A DNA stretch of 64,000 nt from Candidatus Eiseniibacteriota bacterium (GTDB taxonomy: Bacteria; Eisenbacteria; RBG-16-71-46): the NCBI GenBank assembly GCA_044223005.1, contig JBGAML010000019.1:37501-101500 (forward strand), read 5' to 3'. The position numbers and the translations under genes are program-made. Shown here piece by piece: positions 17,795 to 30,600 of this stretch (position 1 is the stretch's first letter; each line of letters starts with the position of its first letter). The notes under the pieces are model-generated. The model saw nothing but the letters and a program-made list of their open reading frames with translations. It did not search any database and was not told the origin of the DNA.

Positions 17795-17821
17795 GAACTT
17801 TCGCTTCACGGTAAGCGTTTC
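17795..17821 (+). promoter_or_regulatory. Candidate ECF-sigma promoter upstream of the second sigma gene
   Basis: GAACTT-N15-CGTTTC matches the generic ECF AAC(-35)/CGT(-10) pattern. It sits in an AT-richer patch 50 nt before the ATG. Confidence 0.35.
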
Positions 17822-17870
17822 GGCCCCTAGGCTCGACCTGTACGGTGAGCCGGGAGAATCGAAGGGGCCG

Positions 17871-18458
17871 ATGCCGAACGATCTCCACACCGACCGAGAG
17901 TTGAGCGAACGGGCCAGGAACGGGGACGCCGCCGCCTGGCGAACGATCTACGAGTCCACCTGCGACCGCCTGTTCGCCTTCCTCTGCTGGCAGGTCGGGG
18001 ACCGCGACGACGCGAAGGACATCCTGCAGGAGACCTACCTGCAGGCGTTCCGCAAGCTCGCGACGTATCGCGGTGAAGCGCCGCTCGAGGTGTGGCTGCG
18101 CGCCATCGCCCTCGGGCGCTCGATCGATTGGAAGCGCGTCTTCCTCCGCCGGATCAAGCGGACCGTGCCGCTCGACGAGACGAGCGCCCGCGTGGAAGCC
18201 GGCGGCGACGACGTGCGATTCGAGTCCGAGGAGGGCGCGCTGCGCCGTGCCCTCGCGAAGCTCTCCCACCACCAGCGCGCGGCGCTGCTGATGCGCGAGT
18301 GGGAGGGACGCAGCTTCCAGGAGATCGCGGCGCTGCTCGCCTGCGCCGAGAGCACCGCCCGAGTCCACCACACGCGTGCACGCGAACACATGCGCGCGCT
18401 CCTCGACGGCGCCGAAGGCGCCCGGGTGTCGCGCGACTGGGAAGGACAGCAGACATGA
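17871..18458 (+). CDS. ECF RNA polymerase sigma factor
   Basis: DRELSERARNGDAAAW, DAKDILQETYLQAFRKLATYRGEA, WLRAIA and EGRSFQEIAALL...STARVHHTRAR. Confidence 0.92.
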   Translation: MPNDLHTDRELSERARNGDAAAWRTIYESTCDRLFAFLCWQVGDRDDAKDILQETYLQAFRKLATYRGEAPLEVWLRAIALGRSIDWKRVFLRRIKRTVPLDETSARVEAGGDDVRFESEEGALRRALAKLSHHQRAALLMREWEGRSFQEIAALLACAESTARVHHTRAREHMRALLDGAEGARVSRDWEGQQT

Positions 18459-20959
18459 AGACGATCTTCGATCGGCACGTGCAGCAGATGACGACGACGG
18501 AACGCGGCGAGATCTGGTCGCGCGTCGCGAACGCCTCGCGCGCGGCGGAACGCGCGCATGCCCTGCGGACCTGGGGGCTGGCCGGGGCGTTCGCGACGGC
18601 GGCGCTGGTGGCGGTGGTCGCGTTCGGTGTCGGGCGCCGGGACGCGCTCGCGCCACGGGGGGACGCGACCCCGCCCGCGCCGCGGCTCGCGGAGAACGTG
18701 CGCCGCGAGGCGCCGGTGACGACCGGCCCGAAGGGCGGAGCGGTGACGGCGCCGGTGCCCGCCGGCGCGGCCGCGATGAAGCGTGCACCGGGCGTCGCGG
18801 CGCACGCGAGCGCGCGGGCCACCGCCGAATCGATCGGCGCTGCCTTTCCCGCGACGCCCGCACTCGCGCTGCGGCCCGTCGAGCCTTCGCCGGCGGGCGG
18901 CGCGACTCCGGTGCCCGCGGGGCTACTGCGAGCTCCTGCGCCCGGGACCGGAGCCATCGCCGGGCGCGTCGTGGATGAGCGGCACCGGCCGGTCGGCTAC
19001 GCGAACGTCCTCATTCCGGGGCAGAAGCTGGGCGCGATGACGGACGCGGAGGGTTTCTACCGCATCGACCACGTGTCGGCGGCGAAGGTCGCCCCCCGGG
19101 CTCACGTCATCGGGTACGCCCCCGTGACGGCGGACAGCGTCGAAGTGCGAGCCGACCAGGTCGCGGTCGTCGACCTCCGGATGGGCGCACCGCTCACCGT
19201 GCGGACTGTCGAAGAGATTGAGGTCGGCGCGCGGCGCACGATCGACACGAAGTCTTCGACCACGAAGCAGAGCATCTCGTCCGAGCGCCTGCGCGAGATC
19301 CCCGTCGACAACCTGAGCCAGGCGGTGGGCAACAAGGCGGGCGTCGTCGTGCAGGGCGGCGAACTGCACTTCCGCGGCGGACGGGGCGGCGAGGTGAAGT
19401 ACCTCTACGACGGCAAGCCGGCCCGGCCGCCGGTCGTGCCGACCACGGGCGGGACGAAGCTGCCCAACGACGAGGCGTTCGACTCGATGTTCTTCCGCAC
19501 CTACGGCGTCAACCCGTTCGTCGCGACGGACGAGGACGCGCTTTCCACGTTCGCGGTCGACGTCGACAACGGCTCCTACACCCTCGTGCGCCGCTACCTC
19601 GAACTCGGCGAGCTGCCGCCCGCGGACGCGGTGCGGGTGGAGGAGTGCGTCAACTTCTTCACCCAGGGGTATCCGCGCCCGGCGAACGACGATTTCGGCA
19701 TCACCGTCGACGGCGCGCCCGCGCCGTTCGGTCCGGGTTGCCAGCTGCTGCGCGTCGGCCTGCACGGCCGCGACGTGGCCGGGTCCGAACACCGGCCGGC
19801 GCAGCTCACGTTCGTGATCGACGTATCGGGATCGATGGCGCGCGAGGATCGGCTGGGACTCGTGAAGCAGGCGCTGCGCCTGCTCGTCGCCGAACTGCAT
19901 GCCGACGATCAGGTGGGCATCGTGGTGTTCGGCACCAGCGCGCGCGTGCTGCTCGAGCCCGAAGCGCTCGGTGGCGAGTCGGCGGTGCCGCGGGACATGC
20001 GATTCCGCTGGGACGAGCGAATCGACTGGCGTGGACCCGCGTCGCAGGCGGGGCGGGAGCACGTGCTGGAGGCGATCGAACGCCTGCAGCCCGAGGGCAG
20101 CACGAACACCGAGGAAGGACTGCGCCTCGCCTACGAGATGGCGCGCCGCGCGTACCGCCCGAACGCGGTCAACCGCATCCTGCTCTGCTCCGACGGTGTC
20201 GCCAACGTCGGGCACACGGGACCGGAGTCGATCCTCGCGAGTGTGCGCCGGCCCTCCGATCGCGGCATCCACCTGAGCACGATCGGATTCGGCATGGGCA
20301 ACTACAACGACGCGCTCATGGAACAGCTCGCCGACCAGGGCGACGGCGCCCACTACTACGTGGACGACCTGCGGGAAGCGAAGCGAGTGCTGGTCGAGAA
20401 CCTCACCGGCACACTGCAGGCGATCGCCCGCGACGCGAAGGTCCAGGTGGAGTTCGACTCCACGCGCGTGCTCCGCTGGCGACTGCTCGGCTTCGAGAAC
20501 CGCGACGTGGCCGATCGCGACTTCCGCAACGACAAGGTCGACGCGGGCGAGATCGGCTCGGGGCACGAGGTGACTGCGCTCTACGAGGTGAAGCTCGTTC
20601 CGAACGCTCCTCCGGGTCCGCTCGGAACGGTGCGGCTGCGTTGGGCGCGGCCCGAGTCGGAGGGTGCGGGCGCTCCGTACGTGCGCGAGATCGCGCGCGT
20701 CTTCACCGCGGCGGATCTGGCGGCGCGGTTCGAGAGCGCCCCGGCCCGGTTCCGCCTCGATGCGGCCGTGGCGGAGTACGCCGAGATCCTGCGCGGCAGC
20801 TACTGGGCCCGCGAGGAGCGGATGGAGGACGTGCTGCCGATCGCCCGGCTCGCCGCGCACGAACTGCACGACGCCGCGGCGGCGGAGTTCGTGACGCTCG
20901 TCGAGAGGGCCACGGGCCTCCGCGCGCGCGCGAAGGCCACGGGAGCGCCGGGGCGCTGA
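18455..20959 (+). CDS. Membrane-anchored anti-sigma-like protein: TM + carboxypeptidase-regulatory-like domain + TonB-plug-like segment + YfbK-type vWA domain
   Basis: ATGA overlap with the sigma gene; TM WGLAGAFATAALVAVVAFGV. Then GAIAGRVVDE...GAMTDAEGFYRI, GELHFRGGRGGEVKYLYDG, LSTFAVDVDNGSY, AVRVEECVNFF, MIDAS DVSGSM, CSDGVANVG and DFRNDKVDAGEIGSGHEVTALYEV. Confidence 0.85.
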   Translation: MKTIFDRHVQQMTTTERGEIWSRVANASRAAERAHALRTWGLAGAFATAALVAVVAFGVGRRDALAPRGDATPPAPRLAENVRREAPVTTGPKGGAVTAPVPAGAAAMKRAPGVAAHASARATAESIGAAFPATPALALRPVEPSPAGGATPVPAGLLRAPAPGTGAIAGRVVDERHRPVGYANVLIPGQKLGAMTDAEGFYRIDHVSAAKVAPRAHVIGYAPVTADSVEVRADQVAVVDLRMGAPLTVRTVEEIEVGARRTIDTKSSTTKQSISSERLREIPVDNLSQAVGNKAGVVVQGGELHFRGGRGGEVKYLYDGKPARPPVVPTTGGTKLPNDEAFDSMFFRTYGVNPFVATDEDALSTFAVDVDNGSYTLVRRYLELGELPPADAVRVEECVNFFTQGYPRPANDDFGITVDGAPAPFGPGCQLLRVGLHGRDVAGSEHRPAQLTFVIDVSGSMAREDRLGLVKQALRLLVAELHADDQVGIVVFGTSARVLLEPEALGGESAVPRDMRFRWDERIDWRGPASQAGREHVLEAIERLQPEGSTNTEEGLRLAYEMARRAYRPNAVNRILLCSDGVANVGHTGPESILASVRRPSDRGIHLSTIGFGMGNYNDALMEQLADQGDGAHYYVDDLREAKRVLVENLTGTLQAIARDAKVQVEFDSTRVLRWRLLGFENRDVADRDFRNDKVDAGEIGSGHEVTALYEVKLVPNAPPGPLGTVRLRWARPESEGAGAPYVREIARVFTAADLAARFESAPARFRLDAAVAEYAEILRGSYWAREERMEDVLPIARLAAHELHDAAAAEFVTLVERATGLRARAKATGAPGR

Positions 20960-21152
20960 CACGCACCGCGCGGCGCCCGGCGACGGGCGCCGCGCGGACC
21001 GGTGGGCGAGCGATCTTCCGGCGACGCGGATTCGGGGTGGCGCTCGGAGCGCGGATGCGTAGACTGCGTTCGCGCTCACCCCGGGGCCCCACGCCGGTGG
21101 GGAACGGGACCGGGCGCGCCGTTCCGCATCCGCCCGCGCCGTCGGAGGCCGC

Positions 21153-23816
<2,664 letters not shown>

Positions 23817-23864
23817 GCGCGGAGCGGGAACCCTCCGCGCCGCGCTCGCGCCGCCCGCGAGTCC

Positions 23865-24374
23865 TCAGCTCGTCTTCGCGAGTTCCGCCAGCAACGCCGA
23901 AAGCTGCTCCAGCGTTTCGCGCATGCCGCGCTCCATGCCCGACGCGAGGACGCCATCGAGCACGGCCTTGGACGGGTAGAGCTCGTTCGAGACGAACCGG
24001 GTCTCGCCGCCGTGTTCCTCCAGCACCGTCGTGATGAGGCCTTCGCCGGCCTCGGGCATCGGTTCGAAGACCTGCGTGTAGACGAGCCGCCGCGGACGGT
24101 CGACCTCGCGGTAGATCCCGTTGAAGGCCATGGCCGGCTTGCCACCCTTGCCGAACACCCAGCGATAGGCGCCGCCCACGCGCAGGTCGATCGTGACGTC
24201 GAGGAGCTCCACGCCGAGCGCGCGCGGTGCCCACCAGCGCCGCATCAACTCGGGGCGGGTGAGGCAGTCGAAGACGAGTTCGGCCTTCGCTCGGAAGGTT
24301 CGCCGGATCACGAGTTCGCGATCCGAAGCACGGTCCATCTGCGTCGTGTAGTCAGCGGCGTCGTTTGCGGACAT
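23865..24374 (-). CDS. SRPBCC (AHA1-like) ligand-binding protein
   Basis: DRELVIRRTF, LVFDCLTRPELMRRWW, IDLRVGGAYR and GMERGMRETLEQL. Confidence 0.88.
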   Translation of the reverse strand: MSANDAADYTTQMDRASDRELVIRRTFRAKAELVFDCLTRPELMRRWWAPRALGVELLDVTIDLRVGGAYRWVFGKGGKPAMAFNGIYREVDRPRRLVYTQVFEPMPEAGEGLITTVLEEHGGETRFVSNELYPSKAVLDGVLASGMERGMRETLEQLSALLAELAKTS

Positions 24375-24699
24375 GCGTTCCTGCCTTCCGGGGTGGTTGG
24401 AGTTCGTCGAGCAACTCGTCCAGTGCCTCGAATCGCGCCTCCCACAGCATGCGGTAGCGCTCGAGCCAGTCGTGGATCTCGCGCAGGGGCTCGGGGCGCA
24501 GCCCGTAGAGCCGGTGCTGTGCGCGGGGCTGCACCGAGACGAGCCGGGCGCCGCGGAGCACGCGGAGGTGCTTGGAGACCTGCGGCTGGGGCATACCCAG
24601 CCGAGTCCCGATCTCGTTGACGGATCGCGGTCCCTGCCGGAGCAATTCCACGATCCGGAAGCGGTTGGGCTCGCCGAGGGCGGAGAACATCGCGTTCAT
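24352..24699 (-). CDS. ArsR/SmtB family transcriptional regulator
   Basis: FSALGEPNRFRIVELL, QPQVSKHLRVLR and W...FEALD; overlaps the SRPBCC gene. Confidence 0.9.
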   Translation of the reverse strand: MNAMFSALGEPNRFRIVELLRQGPRSVNEIGTRLGMPQPQVSKHLRVLRGARLVSVQPRAQHRLYGLRPEPLREIHDWLERYRMLWEARFEALDELLDELQPPRKAGTHVRKRRR

Positions 24700-24705
24700 G
24701 GATCG

Positions 24706-24736
24706 AATATGCATTTGTGCGTATATACGTGTCAAG
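24706..24736 (-). promoter_or_regulatory. Sigma70-type promoter with overlapping imperfect palindrome (putative ArsR operator)
   Basis: The minus strand reads TTGACA-cgtatatacgcacaaatg-CATATT-cgatcc-ATG. It contains the inverted repeat ATACGCA-N4-TGCATAT. Confidence 0.6.
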
Positions 24737-24951
24737 GGATATTCCAACGATCGCGCCACGTGTCCGGGAGGGTCGCGTCCGGAGTGCGCTCCAGCTTGCC
24801 GGATCGCGAGGCGCTTTCCCGTTGGTGGGCCGGGTTCGAATCGCTAGAGTCCTCCTGCATCCTTGTTCGCACACGCAGTCGATGTGGGCCGCACCGGCGA
24901 CCGGACTCGCGTGCCCGCGCCCCCGCGCACGCCCGGGCCGAGGAGATCCTC

Positions 24952-26061
24952 ATGAGCGAACGGGGGGCGGGACGCGCGGCCCGGGTGTCAGCGCCGCTGA
25001 TCGCGGTCCCGGCGAACCGCCCGATGCCGGTGACGTGGGTCCGGCTCGTGGGCCACGTGTCGCTCGCGCTCGCATGCGCCGTCGCGGACGTGCGCCTCTT
25101 CACGCTGCTCATGCCGGCGGCCTTCGCGCGCTCGGCGTCGGTGCTCGAAGGCGTCGTCCATCGCGAGCCTCTCTGGCGCGTGTACCAGAGCCGCCTGCTC
25201 GGCCCGTGGCTCGTGCACGAGGGAGCGGCGCTGGCCGGCGTCGATGCCTCGGTGGCCTACGCGTGGTTCGCGCTCGCGACCCTGTTCGTGGCAGGCCTGG
25301 TCGTGCTGCTCGCGACCGATCACGCGCGCGACGTGCGGCGCTCGCCCTACGTCGCGATGTTCCTGTTCCATCTCGGCATCGTGCTGCTGCTTCCGTGCCT
25401 GTGGATCTACGCGTGGGACCTGGTCTCGCTCGTGGTGTTCGCCACGTTCAACGCCCTGGTGCTCGCTCGCGCGCGCCGGCGCTGGTTCGTGGTGCTGTAC
25501 GCGTGGGCGCTGCTCAATCACGAGCTCGCGTTCTTCATCGCCGGCTGGCTCGCTCTCGACCCGATCGTGCGCGCACTCGCGGCGCGCCGGCGCGGTGGGC
25601 ACGCGCGCATCGACTGGAGCGCGGCGGCCGTGGGTGCCGTGCTGCTGGGCGCCGGAATCGCGCTCGTGGAGTTCCTGCGTTCGAAGCTGATGATCCGCGA
25701 GATGCAGCCCGGGCTCGAACTGCCGCCGGCGGTCGTCTACGGCCGCAGCTTCCATTTCACGCTGTTCTTCAACCTGCGTTCGCTCGTGGGCAGCGCGGAC
25801 TCGCTCATGGCGGGTGGCTTCGCCGTCGTGGTGCCCGTGTTCCTGCTGCTCGTGCTCATCGTCGCGGTGGGCCTGTGGCTCACCGACGCCGAGCGCTCGG
25901 GGGCACTGGCGCTGGTCACGATCGGGATGGTGGTCGCGCTCTGCTGCTTCGGGCTGCTGCTCGAGACACGCGTGCTGCTGCCGCTCGTGCAGTTCGTGGC
26001 GTTCCACGGCGCACGGTGGCTGGCACCGCTGGCCGGCACGGCGCGGCCGGCCGCGGCGTAG
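24952..26061 (+). CDS. Hypothetical polytopic membrane protein
   Basis: GAGGAG RBS before the ATG; about 9-10 hydrophobic segments; no family recognised. Confidence 0.7.
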   Translation: MSERGAGRAARVSAPLIAVPANRPMPVTWVRLVGHVSLALACAVADVRLFTLLMPAAFARSASVLEGVVHREPLWRVYQSRLLGPWLVHEGAALAGVDASVAYAWFALATLFVAGLVVLLATDHARDVRRSPYVAMFLFHLGIVLLLPCLWIYAWDLVSLVVFATFNALVLARARRRWFVVLYAWALLNHELAFFIAGWLALDPIVRALAARRRGGHARIDWSAAAVGAVLLGAGIALVEFLRSKLMIREMQPGLELPPAVVYGRSFHFTLFFNLRSLVGSADSLMAGGFAVVVPVFLLLVLIVAVGLWLTDAERSGALALVTIGMVVALCCFGLLLETRVLLPLVQFVAFHGARWLAPLAGTARPAAA

Positions 26062-26172
26062 CGGGGTGCCGCGAGGCCGGGGCGACGCCGCCCGCCGTCG
26101 CCGGCACGAGGATCGCCGTGCCGCTCGCCGGCCTCGCGATCGGGTACTCGGCGCGGGGCGGCGGAAGCGCGG

Positions 26173-27516
26173 TCAGTCGGCGAGCACGCGGCCGCGGGTC
26201 TCGATCACGAACGGAATCAGGAGCAGCCCCGCGAGCGGCACGGCGCCGACCCAGAACAGCACCTGCAGCGCCGAATCGAGGCCCGCGGCGCCGCGCGCGG
26301 CGATCGTCCCGACGACGATCGGGCCGGCCGCCGCGACGATGCGGCCCGCGTTGTAGCAGAAGCCCGAACCGGTACCTCGCAGGCGCGTGGGGTAGAGCTC
26401 CGGCAGGTAGTAGGTGAAACTGCCGAATACGCCGAACACCGTGAGCCCGATGAAGAAGTACATGTAGAGCCGCGTGTGGTCCGGCATCGCGAGACCGAAC
26501 GTCGCCATCACCGCCACGCCGGACGCGAGGTAGTAGAGGGCGTACATGGGCCGGCGGCCGAGCCGCTTCGCGACCGGCACGGTGAGCAGCGTGCCGAGCA
26601 GGCCGCCGAGGTTGAAGCAGTTGGTCGCGAGCGCCTTCCAGGATTCTGCGAGCGTGCGCGCCGCGGCCGGCTCCAACCGGTGCGCCGTGGCCGTGGCGGC
26701 CGCGAGACCGCCGGCGACCACGGGAAGGAACGCATTGCAGCTCCACCAGGTGACGAGGGCGACGATCGACATCGCGAGGCCCGAGAGCGTGGTGGCGCGC
26801 CAGCGCGGGGTGAACAGTTCGGCGATGCGCGGTGGCGCGGACTCCGCGTGCGCGTGCCGCCAGCGCTCCGGCTCGCGCACGAAGATCCGCACGGCGAACG
26901 CCGCGGCCGCCGGGATCAGGCCGGTGAGGAAGACGTAGCGCCAGGCCGTCTCGGGGTGAGCGTTCAGGTGGACGCCCTGGATCTGCCAGGTCACGAACGT
27001 CGCGAGGAAGAGCCCGAAGGGCGACGACGTGTACAGCAGCGCGCCGGCCTCGGTGCGCCGGTGCTCGGGAACGACCTCGGCGACCATCGCGGCGCCCGCG
27101 GCCCACTCGCCACCGATCCCGAGGCTCGCGACGAGCCGGCAGAGCGCGAGGACCGCGAGGTTGGGCGCGAACGCGCACGCAGCAGTACCGAGCGAGTAGA
27201 GGAGCATCGTGAGCAGGAGCGTGCGCGTGCGGCCGATCCGGTCGGCGATCCGCCCGAACACGATGCCGCCGATCGCCCAGCCGACGAGCAGCAGCGACGT
27301 CAGCAGTCCCGTCCACTGCAGCGTGGCCGCCTTCGCCGCCGCCGAGCCGAGCGGCAGGTGCAGCAACGTGGGCACGCAGTTCGGGGCGACGAAGTTGAAG
27401 AGCAGCCCGTCGAAGACGTCGAAGCCCCAGCCGAGCCAGGCGGCGAACAGCACGGTCCACTGGTAGCCCGTCATGTCGAGCGGGCCCGTGCGGGGCGCGG
27501 TGATTCGGGTCGTCAT
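26173..27516 (-). CDS. MFS transporter
   Basis: WLGWGFDVFD, FGRIADRIGR, LGIGGEWAAGAAMVAE and PELYPTRLRGTGSGF. Confidence 0.93.
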   Translation of the reverse strand: MTTRITAPRTGPLDMTGYQWTVLFAAWLGWGFDVFDGLLFNFVAPNCVPTLLHLPLGSAAAKAATLQWTGLLTSLLLVGWAIGGIVFGRIADRIGRTRTLLLTMLLYSLGTAACAFAPNLAVLALCRLVASLGIGGEWAAGAAMVAEVVPEHRRTEAGALLYTSSPFGLFLATFVTWQIQGVHLNAHPETAWRYVFLTGLIPAAAAFAVRIFVREPERWRHAHAESAPPRIAELFTPRWRATTLSGLAMSIVALVTWWSCNAFLPVVAGGLAAATATAHRLEPAAARTLAESWKALATNCFNLGGLLGTLLTVPVAKRLGRRPMYALYYLASGVAVMATFGLAMPDHTRLYMYFFIGLTVFGVFGSFTYYLPELYPTRLRGTGSGFCYNAGRIVAAAGPIVVGTIAARGAAGLDSALQVLFWVGAVPLAGLLLIPFVIETRGRVLAD

Positions 27517-27690
27517 GGCGGCGGGCTCCCCGGGACACGATCCGCCGCGGAGCGGCTCCCCGCGGCGACGGGGCGGCACGCTAGCATCCGTCGCGGCGGT
27601 GTCCAACCCGAAAGGGCGCAGGTCGAACGTGCGGCCGAATGCGCTCGCGGCCACGCTCGAATGGACGCGTGGCCGCGATCCGCCGATGGG

Positions 27691-30600
27691 TCAGTTGGCC
27701 ACGACCACCCGCTCCACGGCTCGATGTGAGCCCTGGGTGAGCCTCAGGAAGTAGAGGCCCGGGGCGAGTCCGGTGCGGTTCCAGGCGACGGCGTGTGGAC
27801 CGGCGCCGAGAACGCCGACGTCGCGCGTCGCGATGCGGCGGCCGCCGACATCGACCAGTTCGAGTTGCGCGGCGGACGCGTCGGGCAGCGAGAACGCGAC
27901 GTGGAACTGGCCGTCCCGCACGGGGTGAGGCGACACGGGCGCGAGCGCGAAGCCGGCCGGGGCGTCGGCGTCGACGCCGGCGGTGCCGAGCGGCACGATC
28001 GTGAGCGCGGTACTCTCGTTTCCGTGGACATCCAGCGCGGTGAGCTTGTAGACCCACGGCGCTCCGGCCGCGTCGACGAAGCCGAGCCCCGCGACCGTCG
28101 CGAGACGGTTCGCCGGTGCGGGCACGAATGCGGGGTTCGCCCCGCGGTAGACGCGGTAGCCCGCAAGGTCGGCATCCGGGTTCGCGTGCCACGCGAGCGT
28201 CGTCGTGCCCTGTTCGTAGTGCGAGGACGCGAGCGCGGGGATCGCGGGTGGCAGGTTGTCCACGGACCAGCCGCTGTCCGGGGCCGAATCCCAGGTGCGC
28301 CCGAGCGTGCCGACGCCGCGCACCATGAACTGGGTCCTGGGATTGCCCGTCGCGCTGGAGTCGCCGAGCGTCGCCAGCACGGCGCTGTACGCCGCGAGCC
28401 GGAAGGCATCCTGGGAGCCGACGTACTCCCACGCGATGACCGTACCCTCGAGTTCGGTGAGGAGCAGCACGTGGTCGGTCGGCGTGCCGAGTTCGTCGGG
28501 CGAACGCACGACCCGCACGCCCTGTTCGATCCATTTGGATGCGAGGGCGGTGGGAACGGAGCGGAACAGCTGGTAGCCGGTCACGGCGGCGTCCACGGCA
28601 TTGTCCAGCAGCGCCGCGCCCCAACTCAACTTGACCACGCCGCCCTGGTCGTTCGGAACGTCCCGGACCGAGAGGATCACCGGCGAATAGGTCGTCGCGA
28701 TGCGGTGCGGCCGGTCCGGGGACATGCGGCCGAGGTAGCGGGTATCGCCGTCGTAGACGGCCTGGTAGGTGTGGCGTCCCGCGATCCCGCCCCAGACCGG
28801 GAGCATGGCGACACCGCCCACGATGTTCGCGGTTCCGAGCGGGGTGCTGCCGTCCCAGAAGCGAACCGAGCCGCCGGTCGCAGCAGTGTGCGGCGCGACC
28901 GGCGAGACCGTCGCGGTGAGGGTGACCGGTGCGCCGGTGAGTGAGGGCTCGGGCGAACTGGAGACGGCGATGCTCGAAGTGCCGCGAGCGAGCAGGATCG
29001 AAGCCGCCTGCGAACCCTGGCGCCCCGCGGCGACGTCCAGCCGTCCGTCGTGGTCGAAGTCGCCGAGCGCGATGGCCATTCCCGCCGCCACGAGCGGGTA
29101 GGGTGTGCGCGTCGTGAAGGTGCCGGAGCCGCCGTTCAAGTACACGGAAACGGCGGCGGGGAAGCTGTGGTCCGCCTCCACGAGGTCGACTCGGCCGTCA
29201 CCGTTCATGTCGCCAGCCACGAGCCCGTAGGGCGCCGGGCCCGCCGGGTGGTCCACCCGGGACAGGAGTGTTCCGAAACCCTGGTTCAACCACACGGAGG
29301 TCGTGTTGCCGCCGGAGTTGCATGCGGCGACGTCCACGGCGTCGTCGCCGTTCAGGTCCGCTGCGACGACGCCTCGCGGCGCGGTACCCGCCGCGTAGTC
29401 GACCTTCGCCTGGAAGTTGCCGGCGTACAGCCCGAAGAGTACCGAGACCGAGTTCGCGTCGCGGTTGGCACTGACGATGTCGAGTGCGCCATTGCGATCG
29501 ACGTCGGCGATCGCGATCGCCACCGGGCCGGCGCCGGTGGTGAGGTCCTTGCGCCGTGGGAATGCACCGTGGCCATCGCCGAAGCGGATCGTCAGCGACG
29601 CGGAATCCGTGTTGGCGGTGACCACGTCCCTCGCGCCGTCTCCATCGAGGTCGGCGACCGCGATCGCCGTGGGGTTCGCGCCGACCATCACGTCCGTGCG
29701 CGCCCCGAACGTGCCGTTCCCCACGCCGGAGAACAGCGAGAGCTGCTTGGTGCCCGACGCGGCCGCGAGCACGTCGAGGTGTCCGTCACCGTCCATGTCG
29801 GCGAGGGCCACCGCGCGGCACTGCGCTCCGTCCGGCAGCGAGAGATTCGCGGACGCCGTGAAGCCGCCCGTGCCGTCCGAGATCCGAACCGCGAGCAGGC
29901 TGTTCACGTAGTCCGGGAACACGGCGTCCGAGTCCCCGTCGCCGTCGAAGTCGCCGCAGGCCACGGCGTACTGGTCGTTCCCGATCGGCACGTCGGTCCG
30001 GTCGCCCAGGTCGCCGGCGCCCGCCGCGAGATCGATGGTCACCGACATCGACTGGTAGTTCACGGCGGCGATATCCAGGTGGCCGTCCTGGTTCAGGTCG
30101 GCCACGGCCAGGTTCCACGGGTAGTTGCCCGTCGGCAGGTCGGTACGGCTTCCGAACGTTCCGTCGCCGTTGCCCGGCAGGACGGACACCAGGAAGTCCT
30201 GCCAGTCGCACACGACGAGATCGGTTCGCCCGTCGCGACTGACGTCTCCCGCGACGACCGAGCGGGGGCCGTTGCCCGTCGCGTAGTCGACGTGGCCGGC
30301 GAACCCGCCTTGGCCATTGCCGATCAGGACGGACACATTGTTCGTCGCCAGGTTCGCGGTGGCGAGGTCGGCACGTCCATCCTCGTCGAGGTCCGCGGTG
30401 ACCACGGATTGCGGCTGGTCGCCGACCGTGAAGTCGACGCGCGCACCGAGGCTGCCGCCGCCCGTTCCCAGGCGGACGGACACGGTGTTCAGTGCGCCGT
30501 GCGCGATCGCGACGTCCTGCAGGCCGTTGCCGTCGAAATCCGCGACGGCGATGGCGTTGGGTTGGCCACCGGTCGCGTAACGGGTCGGAGCCGACATCGT

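Noticed and set aside
24825..24850. GGTTCGAATC resembling a tRNA T-loop
   Set aside because: The flanks CCGGG and CGCTA do not pair as a T-stem, and I could not fold a cloverleaf or find a CCA end.
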